Positions 1 to 8,841 are shown, numbered from the stretch's first letter. The stretch: DNA of 47,653 nt from Trichinella spiralis (GCF_000181795.1 NW_003526944.1:4076934-4124586); one strand, 5' to 3'. Numbers and translations are program-made. Notes: generated from the sequence alone by a model not told the origin.

Positions 1-220
1 CTTGAGTGTCAGCGATCCACCGTAGGAGGAAGTGTTGGTGTGCGCGTGACCCCGGATTGGTCGGGTGTGAATCGATCGGCTTTGTATTGCGTGTGCGCGT
101 GTTGTATTCTGTCGATAGTGTTATTGTTTGCGAATATTAGTCTTGAACGGGTAAAACGTTTCCCGGAAACTTGGCACCAAACTTTGATTTTGTTCTCGCC
201 GAGCATTAAAATTAATTACA
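1..220 (+). repeat. 5' LTR (partial)
   Basis: Reads identical to 3970-4189. Ends in CA and contains ATTAAA, a polyA-like signal. Confidence 0.95.
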
Positions 221-233
221 AGCTATCGCGGCC

Positions 234-1019
234 ATGGGTAGCGGAAATGGGGTTGACAAGTCGCTTGACTTGCGGTTGATCCCTGAGTTCGACGGATCGC
301 CCCAGCAATCAGTGGTGGAGTGGCTGGAGAAGCTGGAGCTGGTGTGCAAGCTCCGTGACATCAGTGATGTAGCCAGTGTGATCCCGCTACGTCTGACGGG
401 CGGTGCATTCGCCGTGTACCTGCAGCTGAACGCCAAGGAAAGGTCAAGCGTAGACAAGGTCAAGGAAGCGTTGCTGGCCGCCTTTGCGGCTGACCCATTC
501 GTGGCCTACGACCAGTTCGTCTCGAGAAAGCTGGGTCCCGACGAATCGCCTGATGTATTCCTGGCGGAGCTGAAAAGACTAGCGACGTTGTTTGGTGGGG
601 TTTCCGAGAAGGCCCTGGCGTGCGCCTTCGTCGCCGGCCTGCCAGAGAACGTCCGCCAGCTGCTCAGGGCGGGATCGCGAATGGAGGATCTCGGGCTGAG
701 CCAGATCCTTACCCGCGCCCGAGCCATAATCACCGATGAACGACCCGTGGACGCGCCGAACGCGTGCTTGAGTGCCCGGGGGCCCGGAGTGCGGAGTCCG
801 ACGGTGCCGACCGGACAAAGGTGCTTCGAGTGCGGCGGACCGAACCATTTCGCCAGAGATTGTCTGGCCCGACGACAGGGCGGCGACCCGGGTACGCAGA
901 ACCCGCTGACTCGCAACCGACGTGGACGCCGCCGGGGCGTCGCCAGCGCCGCTTCCCATCAGGGAAACGAGCTCGGGACAGAGGCATCAGCGCCAGCCTT
1001 TTGTCCCCGCGACCACTGA
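234..1019 (+). CDS. gag: Gag (capsid-like region plus CCHC zinc knuckle)
   Basis: 261-aa ORF with LIPEFDG near the N-terminus and the zinc knuckle CFECGGPNHFARDC. Confidence 0.93.
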   Translation: MGSGNGVDKSLDLRLIPEFDGSPQQSVVEWLEKLELVCKLRDISDVASVIPLRLTGGAFAVYLQLNAKERSSVDKVKEALLAAFAADPFVAYDQFVSRKLGPDESPDVFLAELKRLATLFGGVSEKALACAFVAGLPENVRQLLRAGSRMEDLGLSQILTRARAIITDERPVDAPNACLSARGPGVRSPTVPTGQRCFECGGPNHFARDCLARRQGGDPGTQNPLTRNRRGRRRGVASAASHQGNELGTEASAPAFCPRDH

Positions 1020-1030
1020 CCGAGGCGCTG
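962..1030 (+). promoter_or_regulatory. -1 ribosomal frameshift signal: slippery heptamer plus H-type pseudoknot
   Basis: G GGA AAC at 962-968 in the gag frame, then a 6-nt spacer. Stem 1 pairs 975-985 with 996-1007. Stem 2 pairs CAGCGCC 988-994 with GGCGCTG 1024-1030. Pol lies in the -1 frame. Confidence 0.88.
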
Positions 1031-3886
1031 CCCGCCGTCTATATGAACGTCGGCGGCGTACGACGCCGCGTGCTGGTGGACACGGGGTGCTCAGTGTGTG
1101 TGGCCCATGCCTCGTGTTGCCGAAGCTGGCGAAAAGAGGACGTCGCCATCACCACGATGTGTGGTCGGGCAATGGGGTGCGAGGGCACCGGCGTCGTGCA
1201 GCTAAAGCCCCGTGGGAGAGGTCCAATTGAGGTTGAAGTGATAGTGGTCCGATCGAAGCCGCTCGGCTACGACCTCATACTCGGCATGAACGGCATAGCG
1301 GCGCTCGGCGGCGTGACGGTCACCGGCAGACGATGCGTGCAGTTTGGACTGGACGACCCGGGAGTCTGCGCAGCCGCCGAAGCCGGGATCAGTATCCGTG
1401 AAAAAGATTTCACAGCGACATACTGTCCCTCCACGCGCTCATGGACCGCCGCGTGGAAATGGTCAGACGCCGGGGAGCCCGGCGTCCTGCGAAATACAGT
1501 GGAAGAGTACCCGCCGGCGAACGTTGCACGTGGCGCGTATGAAGACGAGCTCAGGAAGTGGATCAAAGACGGGTGGCTCGTGCCGTACGACGAGAGCAAA
1601 CACGGCCCTCCCAAAGGGTTGCTGCCACTGATGGCAGTGATCCAGCGAAACAAGAAGAAGGTCAGGCCCGTGATGGACTTCCGGGAGCTGAACGCCCACA
1701 TTGAGAGCCACACTGCCGACGCGGACGTGTGCAGCCAAAAGCTACGCGAGTGGCGCAGACAGGGGGTCAACGTGGCCCTGATCGACCTGAAAAAGGCCTA
1801 CCTGCAGATCCGCATCGACAAATCCCTGTGGCCATATCAGACGGTGGTCTTCAAAGGCAAGCGTTACTGCCTGACCCGACTGGGATTCGGCCTGAATGTC
1901 GCACCATTGGTGATGAAAGCCGTGCTGAACTGCGTGCTCTCCCGGGATCCGGATGTCAGGAAAGGAACCTCGGCGTACATCGACGACATCCTGGTGAACG
2001 AAAGCGTCGTCGCTGTGGACCGCGTGAAGCGACACCTGGCGCACTATGGACTGACGTGCAAAACCCACGAGCGTGCCGCTGACGGAGCCCGCCTCCTTGG
2101 ACTGAAGGTCTGGGGGGAGCGAGGGAAGCTGATGTGGAGGCGAGACAACGACGTGGGCGAGGTGCCAGACGTGTTGACCCGTCGCTCTGTGTTTTCGTAC
2201 TGCGGAAAGCTGGTTAGCCACTTCCCGGTTTGCGGATGGCTGAGGATAGCGGCGGCGTACATCAAAAGAAAGGCCAACGACGCCACAACGAGCTGGGATG
2301 AGGTGATCGACGGAGACGAGCTGAGAGAGCTGATCCAGGAGACCGCGTTGGCGGTGAAGAAGCGTGACCCTGCGCGCGGGAGATGGGATGTTTCGGCGGA
2401 GGAAGCCAAAATTTGGGTAGACGCCAGCTCGCTGGCGATCGGCGTAGCGCTGGAAGTCGGCGGCTCGATCGTGGAAGACGCGGCGTGGCTGCGCCCGGAT
2501 GACGCCCAACACATAAACATGGCTGAGCTGGATGCCGTCATCAAAGGCCTCAATCTGGCCCTTAGCTGGCAGATGAGGAGGATTCGACTGATGACAGACT
2601 CCGCGACGGTGCATCGATGGGTGTCAGACGGCCTCTCCGGAAAAGCCAGGCTGAAGACGAAAGCGTCAGGTGAGATGTTGATCCGAAGAAGGGTGGGCAT
2701 GATTCTATCGCTGGTGGAGGAGTTTGGATTAGAGCTGGAAGTCGACCTGGTGAAGTCCGCGTGCAACAAGGCAGACGAATTAACCCGCGTGCCGCGGCGT
2801 TGGCTGAAGCCACCCGCAGCTGGACCGGCGCTCGTCTGTGCAGCGACCGCGGATCAGGGCGTGGAGCGAATGATCGCGGATGTCCATCATGCCATGGGCC
2901 ACCCGGGAATAAGACGAACGCTGTACTTCGCGAGGCGGACGGATCCGACAGTATCCAAGCGCCAGGTGCGACAGGTGATCAGCGGCTGCGAGCCATGCAA
3001 GTCGCTGGATCCGGCGCCTGGAAAGTGGAAACGAGGAAGTCTCGAGGTTGCGGAGGTATGGCAAAGGGTTGGAATGGACGTCACCCATGTCAGAGGCCGA
3101 CCGTACCTGACCCTCATCGACTGCGGACCGTCGCGGTTTGCTGTCTGGCGACGCTTGAGAGTTCAGTGCAGTGCGAACGTCACTGAGCAGCTGGAGGCGG
3201 TGTTCTACGAACGGGGGGCCCCGGAAGAGTTGCTGACGGACAACGACACCGCTTTCCGAGGAAGAATCTTTACGGAGTTCGTCGCCCGGTGGGGAGTTCG
3301 AGTGCGGTACCGATGTGCCTACGCGCCGTCCGGCAATGGCATAGCGGAGAGATGCCATCGAAGCGTGAAGGTCATCGCTGCGAGAAAGAATTGCTCGGTG
3401 GAAGAGGCGGTGTACTTGTATAACGTTACGCCACGAGACGGCCGCAACCCGTGGACAGCCCCGGCCAACGTCGTGCATGCATACGCCGTTAGGGTGCGGG
3501 GTGTGGACCGGGCAACAGAAGAACCTGAAGAAAAGAACGGACGGTTCGCTGTCGGCGACTCGGTATGGGTGAGGCCGCCCGGAGCCAGATGTGACACCCG
3601 ACACCAGAAAGGCACCGTGACTGGCGTTGTCTCTGACCAGGCAGTGGAGGTCGACGGGATGCCGCGACACGTCAGAGACCTTCGGCGCAGAACGCCGTCC
3701 GTGAGCGCTGCAAGCGACTTCTCTGAGCAGACCGCCGGCGAAGAAGAAGAGATGATCATCCACCTTCGCCCGCGAGACGCCGCGGATGTGGATCAGTCTG
3801 CGGAACCAGCACCGGAGCCCGCCTCTGCCGGACCCAGGCGCTCGACGAGAATTCGCAAGCCCACCGCGCGCCTGTGTTGTGATTAG
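962..3886 (+). CDS. pol: Pol polyprotein (protease, reverse transcriptase, RNase H, integrase), entered by -1 frameshift
   Basis: Protease LVDTGCS; RT LKKAYLQ, LGFGL and YIDD; RNase H WVDASS, AEL, TDS and NKAD; integrase HHCC (HHAMGHPG...CEPC) and D,D(35)E-type residues GMDVT, LLTDND, NGIAER. No internal stops. Confidence 0.96.
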   Translation, partial: GKRARDRGISASLLSPRPLTEALPAVYMNVGGVRRRVLVDTGCSVCVAHASCCRSWRKEDVAITTMCGRAMGCEGTGVVQLKPRGRGPIEVEVIVVRSKPLGYDLILGMNGIAALGGVTVTGRRCVQFGLDDPGVCAAAEAGISIREKDFTATYCPSTRSWTAAWKWSDAGEPGVLRNTVEEYPPANVARGAYEDELRKWIKDGWLVPYDESKHGPPKGLLPLMAVIQRNKKKVRPVMDFRELNAHIESHTADADVCSQKLREWRRQGVNVALIDLKKAYLQIRIDKSLWPYQTVVFKGKRYCLTRLGFGLNVAPLVMKAVLNCVLSRDPDVRKGTSAYIDDILVNESVVAVDRVKRHLAHYGLTCKTHERAADGARLLGLKVWGERGKLMWRRDNDVGEVPDVLTRRSVFSYCGKLVSHFPVCGWLRIAAAYIKRKANDATTSWDEVIDGDELRELIQETALAVKKRDPARGRWDVSAEEAKIWVDASSLAIGVALEVGGSIVEDAAWLRPDDAQHINMAELDAVIKGLNLALSWQMRRIRLMTDSATVHRWVSDGLSGKARLKTKASGEMLIRRRVGMILSLVEEFGLELEVDLVKSACNKADELTRVPRRWLKPPAAGPALVCAATADQGVERMIADVHHAMGHPGIRRTLYFARRTDPTVSKRQVRQVISGCEPCKSLDPAPGKWKRGSLEVAEVWQRVGMDVTHVRGRPYLTLIDCGPSRFAVWRRLRVQCSANVTEQLEAVFYERGAPEELLTDNDTAFRGRIFTEFVARWGVRVRYRCAYAPSGNGIAERCHRSVKVIAARKNCSVEEAVYLYNVTPRDGRNPWTAPANVVHAYAVRVRGVDRATEEPEEKNGRFAVGDSVWVRPPGARCDTRHQKGTVTGVVSDQAVEVDGMPRHVRDLRRRTPSVSAASDFSEQTAGEEEEMIIHLRPRDAADVDQSAEPAPEPASAGPRRSTRIRKPTARLCCD

Positions 3887-3901
3887 GATATCAGGGGGGA
3901 G

Positions 3902-4189
3902 TGTGTTGTGATGGCCGTTTTGGGGATGACGCAAGAATGCGTCATGGCGACGTCACCGGAGCGCTAGAACTTGAGTGTCAGCGATCCACCGTAGGAGGAA
4001 GTGTTGGTGTGCGCGTGACCCCGGATTGGTCGGGTGTGAATCGATCGGCTTTGTATTGCGTGTGCGCGTGTTGTATTCTGTCGATAGTGTTATTGTTTGC
4101 GAATATTAGTCTTGAACGGGTAAAACGTTTCCCGGAAACTTGGCACCAAACTTTGATTTTGTTCTCGCCGAGCATTAAAATTAATTACA
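3902..4189 (+). repeat. 3' LTR (~287 bp, TG...CA)
   Basis: Follows the PPT. Starts TGT at 3902 or 3904 and ends ACA at 4189, after which the sequence turns abruptly AT-rich. Confidence 0.93.
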
Positions 4190-4645
4190 AATTGCAGCAA
4201 TTAATTTGAATAGTTTCACTTATATTTTATTTCTAAATGATTCACTGATTAAAAAAATAGAAAGTATAAAAAATAAATAATAATTCTACTTCGGAAGAGA
4301 TATTATACTTTTTAGGTTCATTTTCACCTGTTTTTTATTCACATTTATATAATACAGTACATATATTTATTTGAACTTGCATATTATTAATTGGATGCGT
4401 GCATTCTGTTGCGAACACCTGGAAATATTAACTGATTTTTTCAGCCGCTTTGAGTGAAGTAAGTTTTTATCAATATAAGTTGTTAAATCACGAAATGTAA
4501 TCCTTAAATTGCGCAGTTTCAAAGTTCAGTCATTGTGATAATAATGATTTTTTGTCAATAATAACTTTAAAGCATTGAAAATTTCCTTTAAATATTACAG
4601 TTTCATCATAAATGCTTATGTGATTGTGTTGATTTCTGTTTCAGA

Positions 4646-4799
4646 ATGCCGTTTAAAGCAATTTGTGTAATTCGTGGTGAAAATGTTACTGGTACTGTGA
4701 CCTTCAAACAGGTAATTTTTTCTCAGTTTATAATTTGATATATCTTGGTTTTCTGAATGCAGAACACGGAAGATGATAAAACATTCATCACTGGAGAAA
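4646..4799 (+). CDS. sod1: Cu/Zn superoxide dismutase, 5' part (exon 4646-4711, intron 4712-4762, exon 4763-4799 cut by an N-gap)
   Basis: Spliced translation MPFKAICVIRGENVTGTVTFKQ|NTEDDKTFITGE matches the typical SOD1 N-terminus (KAVCVL.G...V.G.V.F.Q...V.G.I). GT-AG phase-0 intron, TTTCAG just before the ATG. Absent from the ORF track. Confidence 0.88.
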
Positions 4800-4809
4800 N
4801 NNNNNNNNN

Positions 4810-5466
4810 AAAGAACGGCCGTTCGCCGTCGGCGACTCGGTATGGGTGAGGCCGCCCGGACCCAGATGTGACACCCGACACCAGAAAGGCACCGTGACTG
4901 GCGTTGTCTCTGACCAGGCAGTGGAGGTCGACGGGATGCCGCGACACGTCAGAGACCTTCGGCGCAGAACGCCGTCCGTGAGCGCTGCAAGCGACTTCTC
5001 TGAGCAGACCGCCGGCGAAGAAGAAGAGATGATCATCCACCTTCGCCCGCGAGACGCCGCGGATGTGGATCAGTCTGCGGAACCAGCACCGGAGCCCGCC
5101 TCTGCCGGACCCAGGCGCTCGACGAGAATTCGCAAGCCCACCGCGCGCCTGTGTTGTGATTAGGATATCAGGGGGGAGTGTGTTGTGATGGCCGTTTTGG
5201 GGATGACGCAAGAATGCGTCATGGCGACGTCACCGGAGCGCTAGAACTTGAGTGTGAGCGATCCACCGTAGGAGGCAGTGTTGGTGTGCGCGTGACCCCG
5301 GATTGGTCGGGTGTGAATCGATCGGCTTTGTATTGCGTGTGCGCGTGTTGTATTCTGTCGATAGTGTTATTGTTTGCGAATATTAGTCTTGAACGAGCAA
5401 AACGTTTCCCGGAAACTTGGCACCAAACTTTGATTTTGTTCTCGCCGAGCATTAAAATTAATTACA
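4810..5466 (+). mobile_element. Second copy of the same Gypsy element: pol 3' end, PPT and 3' LTR (5179-5466)
   Basis: Near-identical to ~3531-4189, with a few substitutions (about 4 in the LTR, e.g. GTGTGAGCG vs GTGTCAGCG and GAACGAGCAA vs GAACGGGTAA). Different downstream flank (CTATT vs AATTG). Confidence 0.93.
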
Positions 5467-5626
5467 CTATTCTAGCAAATTTATAGTAATTAATTAAAAT
5501 ATTCAGTATACCTGTGTATTTTCAAACAAAGCAATCAATGTATTTTTAGGAATACAGAATTGCACAAGAAATACACTTATCCTTCTTGCGATAGTAGTTA
5601 CGAACTATACGCAATAATGCAGCAGA

Positions 5627-5707
5627 TGATTGACATGCTATGGGTGCAACTCTAGTCATGAATTACCATCTATTAGTACCAGATATGCACCCACAGCCCA
5701 GCAATCA
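5627..5707 (-). ncRNA. miR-279/miR-44-family microRNA precursor; predicted 3p mature UGACUAGAGUUGCACCCAUAGC (5637-5658)
   Basis: Inverted repeat GCTATGGGTGCAACTCTAGT / TACCAGATATGCACCCACAGC with lower stem TGATTG/CAATCA. The minus-strand 3' arm begins with the family signature UGACUAGA. Confidence 0.8.
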
Positions 5708-5716
5708 CTTTTTGAT

Positions 5717-7710
5717 GTGCAGAATGCATCCTCACACTGAGTAGATAAAATGGTAGGGTGCTTTCTCAAACTGAATGACCGTTCCACTTTATCTTGCCAG
5801 AGTAAAGAGCTGAGGGTGGTTCATCGTGCGAAAGTGCAGAAAGGATCCCCACACTGAGTAGATAAAATGGTCTGGTACTTTCTCAAACTGAATGACCGTT
5901 CCACTTTATCTTGCCAGGGTGAAGAGCTGAGGGTGGTTCTTCGTGGGAAAGTGCAGAAAGGATCTTCACACTGAGTAGATAAAATGGTCTGGTACTTTCT
6001 CAAACTGAATGACCGTTCCACTTTATCTCGCCAGGGTGAAGAGTTGAGGGTGGTTCTTCGTGCGAAAGTGCAGAAAGGATCTCCACACTGAGTAGATAAA
6101 ATGGTGTGGTACTTTCTCAAACTGAACGACCGCTCCACTTTATCTTGCCAGGGTGAAGAGCTGAAGGTGGTTCTTCGTGGGAAAGTGCAGAAAGGATCTC
6201 CACACTGAGTAGATAAAATGGTGTGGTACTTTCTCAAACTGAATGACCGTTCCACTTTATCTCGCCAGGGTGAAGAGTTGAGGGTGGTTCATCGTGCGAA
6301 AGTGCAGAAAGGATCTCCACACTGAGTAGATAAAATGGTGTGTACTTTTCTCAAACTGAATGACCGTTCCACTTTTATCTGGTCAGGGTGAAGAGCTGAG
6401 GGGTTTTCGTGCGCCGTGCAGAAAGAATCTCCACACTGAGTAGATAAAATGGTGTGGGACTTTCTCAAACTGAGTGAGCGCTCCACTTTATCTTGCCAGA
6501 GAGAAGAAGTGGGTTGTTCTTCATGTAGGAATGCAGAAAGGCATCCCCATACTGAGAACATGAAATGGACCGGTGGTTTTCTTATATCTGTATGACCGTT
6601 ACAATTTTATCTTGGCAGGGATGAANNNNNNNNNNNNNNNNNNNNNNNNNNNNNNNNNNNNNNNNNNNNNNNNNNNNNNNNNNNNNNNNNNNNNNNNNNN
6701 NNNNNNNNNNNNNNNNNNNNNNNNNNNNNNNNNNNNNNNNNNNNNNNNNNNNNNNNNNNNNNNNNNNNNNNNNNNNNNNNNNNNNNNNNNNNNNNNNNNN
6801 NNNNNNNNNNNNNNNNNNNNNNNNNNNNNNNNNNNNNNNNNNNNNNNNNNNNNNNNNNNNNNNNNNNNNNNNNNNNNNNNNNNNNNNNNNNNNNNNNNNN
6901 NNNNNNNGAATGACCGTTTCATTTTATCCTATCAGGGTGAAGAGCTGAGGGTGGTTGTGTGGCAGTGTAGAAAGCATCCTCACACTGATAAGATAAAATG
7001 ATCCGGTGATTTCTCAAACTGAATGACCGTTCCATTTTATCCTACCAGGGTGCAGGGTCCAGGATGTGTAGAAAGCATCCTCACACTGAGAAGATAAAAT
7101 GATCCGGTGATTTCTCAAACTGAATGACCGTTTCATTTTATCCTATCAGGGTGAAGAGCTGAGGGTGGTTGTGTGGCAGTGTAGAAAGCATCCTCACACT
7201 GATAAGATAAAATGGACCGGTGATTTCTCAAACTGAATGACCGTTCCACTTTATCCTACCAGGGTGAAGGGTCTAGGTGTGTAGAAAGCATCCTCACACT
7301 GAGAAGATGAAATGATCCGGTGATTTCTCAAACTGAATAACCGTTCCACTTCATCTTGCCAGGGTGAAGAGCTGAGGGTGGTTCTTCGTAGAGCAGTGTA
7401 GAAAGCATCCTCACACTGAGAAGATAAAATGATCCGGTGATTTCTCAAACTGAATGACCGTTCCATTTTATCTTACCAGGGTGAAGAGCTGAGGTTGGTA
7501 CTGTGTGGCAGTGTAGAAAGCATCCCCACACTGAGAAGATAAAATGATCCGGTGATTTCTCAAACTGAATGACCGTTCCATTTTATCTTGCCAGGGTGAA
7601 GGGTCTAGGATGTGTAGAAAGCATCCCCACACTGAGAAGATAAAATGGACCGGTGATTTCTCAAACTGAATAACCGTTCCATTTCATCTTGGCAGGGTGA
7701 AGAGCTGAGG
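5717..7710 (-). ncRNA. Tandem array of at least 15 pre-miRNA-like hairpins derived from the miR-35/36 family (units 100-117 bp; N-gap 6626-6907)
   Basis: Each unit has a ~32-bp imperfect stem, e.g. CACACTGAGAAGATAAAATGGACCGGTGATTT / GAATGACCGTTCCATTTTATCTTGCCAGGGTG, with a ~9-nt loop. The minus-strand 3' arms of the seven complete right-hand copies start UCACCGG (5' ends at 7009, 7110, 7223, 7323, 7440, 7555, 7656). Confidence 0.75.
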
Positions 7711-7716
7711 AGCACG

Positions 7717-7775
7717 CAGGTTTAATATGGACCAGTGATTCTTCGTACTCGGAACCACTAGGCTATATTAACCTG
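7717..7775 (-). ncRNA. miRNA precursor, miR-36/miR-3-like seed variant; predicted mature UCACUGGUCCAUAUUAAACCUG (7717-7738)
   Basis: Hairpin CAGGTTTAATATGGACCAGTGATTC / GAACCACTAGGCTATATTAACCTG. Intermediate in sequence between the array unit and the UCACCGGG hairpin. Confidence 0.68.
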
Positions 7776-7799
7776 GATGTTACGTCGAGACTGGGGAGG

Positions 7800-7886
7800 A
7801 GTCCTCAGTCAGATAAGCTTAATATGGCCCGGTGATTTTCCAATAACAAAATGACCAAGTCACATTAAGCCTTCTGAGAGAGGACT
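7800..7886 (-). ncRNA. miR-35/36-family precursor; predicted mature UCACCGGGCCAUAUUAAGCUUA (7814-7835)
   Basis: Hairpin GCTTAATATGGCCCGGTGATTTT / AAAATGACCAAGTCACATTAAGC with basal stem AGTCCTC/GAGGACT. Canonical UCACCGGG 5' end on the 3p arm, as in miR-35-42. Confidence 0.82.
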
Positions 7887-8841
7887 GAGTTTTCTTCGAA
7901 AATGACCGTTTATATAGAAGTGGAAAACAATGAACGTGAATTGTATTGGTCCACTAGAACAATGGAAACTCGGGATATTCGAATTAAGGGTCACAAATAA
8001 ATGGACATTATTGGACAATATTAGGTCATTGGCAATACCATAATAGCTAATTTGTGCACTGGGTTAGGTCAAGGGTCAACCCTCAGACTAAAAAAATTTT
8101 TTGTAAATGTCAATATCTGCATGCACTGTGTTTTTTTGGAATATATTTTTCATGAAAAAAACGGTGTGGAATATTAATTTAATTTTTAAATGTGCAAAAC
8201 AAATCTATTATGGCATGTGTATTTCATAATTATTGCAATTCCTATGCAGTGACGTAATTGTACATTTTTACAGAACAAAAATATTGCAAAATTCGAAGTG
8301 CGGGTGAAGTAATCTCAACATAAAATTAAAAATTTTAATAAGTTTTTGAAGCATGTACATCGCCAATGGTTGCAGTTGCAACGAATACGTTTAAATTCAT
8401 CTCTTGTAAAAAAATAATTCTCTTTTCGTTAAGGATTTTTGTATTATGGAAAGATGTTGGAATGTGAGAATAAATTAGTATGAAGATTGTTTTAATCCCG
8501 TGAGTTGCAACACTTTTTGCTTTTAATTCTTTCGTATAATAATCAATTCTTGGTGTTATACAGATACATTGCAATTTTCCTGAAATTGTCGTCATTTAGC
8601 CGCGTGTAAATTCTCATTTCTGCACAGTTGGGCAAATATTGCTTTTCTTCGATTTTTATGAAAGTTTAATTTTTTTGCTACCTGAAACTTTCTTTCACAT
8701 TTGCATAACTTATTAGTTTGTTTTTATTGTTGTTGTTTTTGTTATTATTTATGTAAACGTACGATTTTTTACAACAGAACCCGCATATATATTTATTTCA
8801 TTCTTATGCTACACATATTCACATGCACATACAGAAAAATA

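Larger units (their letters stand above)
1..4189 (+). mobile_element. Ty3/Gypsy LTR retrotransposon, apparently intact (5' LTR truncated by the window edge)
   Basis: Direct repeats 1-220 and 3970-4189 ending ...ATTAATTACA. Gag ORF followed by pol with PR-RT-RH-IN order. Polypurine tract AGGGGGGAG at 3893-3901 before the 3' LTR. Much more GC-rich than the flanking DNA. Confidence 0.97.

Noticed and set aside
234..251. Gag N-terminal MGSGNG as a myristoylation signal
   Set aside because: Lacks the preferred Ser/Thr at position 6; the evidence is too weak.
506..3934. Long antisense and alternate-frame ORFs over the retrotransposon
   Set aside because: Expected by-product of GC-rich coding DNA; no recognisable motifs.
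3901..4209. LTR ORF with a hydrophobic stretch as a possible env
   Set aside because: It lies within the LTR, starts at GTG and runs into different flanks in each copy.
5514..5615. Two further weak inverted repeats downstream of the miR-279-like hairpin
   Set aside because: The stems are short or broken by large internal loops, and no known seed was recognised.
5821..6561. 39-aa repeat ORFs (ERSFSLRKYHTILSTQCGDPFCTF...)
   Set aside because: Only one of six frames stays open in a 117-bp unit, stops recur, and many right-block unit lengths are not multiples of 3. RNA hairpins explain the conservation better.
5717..7710. CRISPR array or hammerhead-ribozyme satellite
   Set aside because: Eukaryotic context, no unique spacers and no cas genes. 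No CUGANGA/GAAA hammerhead core was found in the right arrangement.
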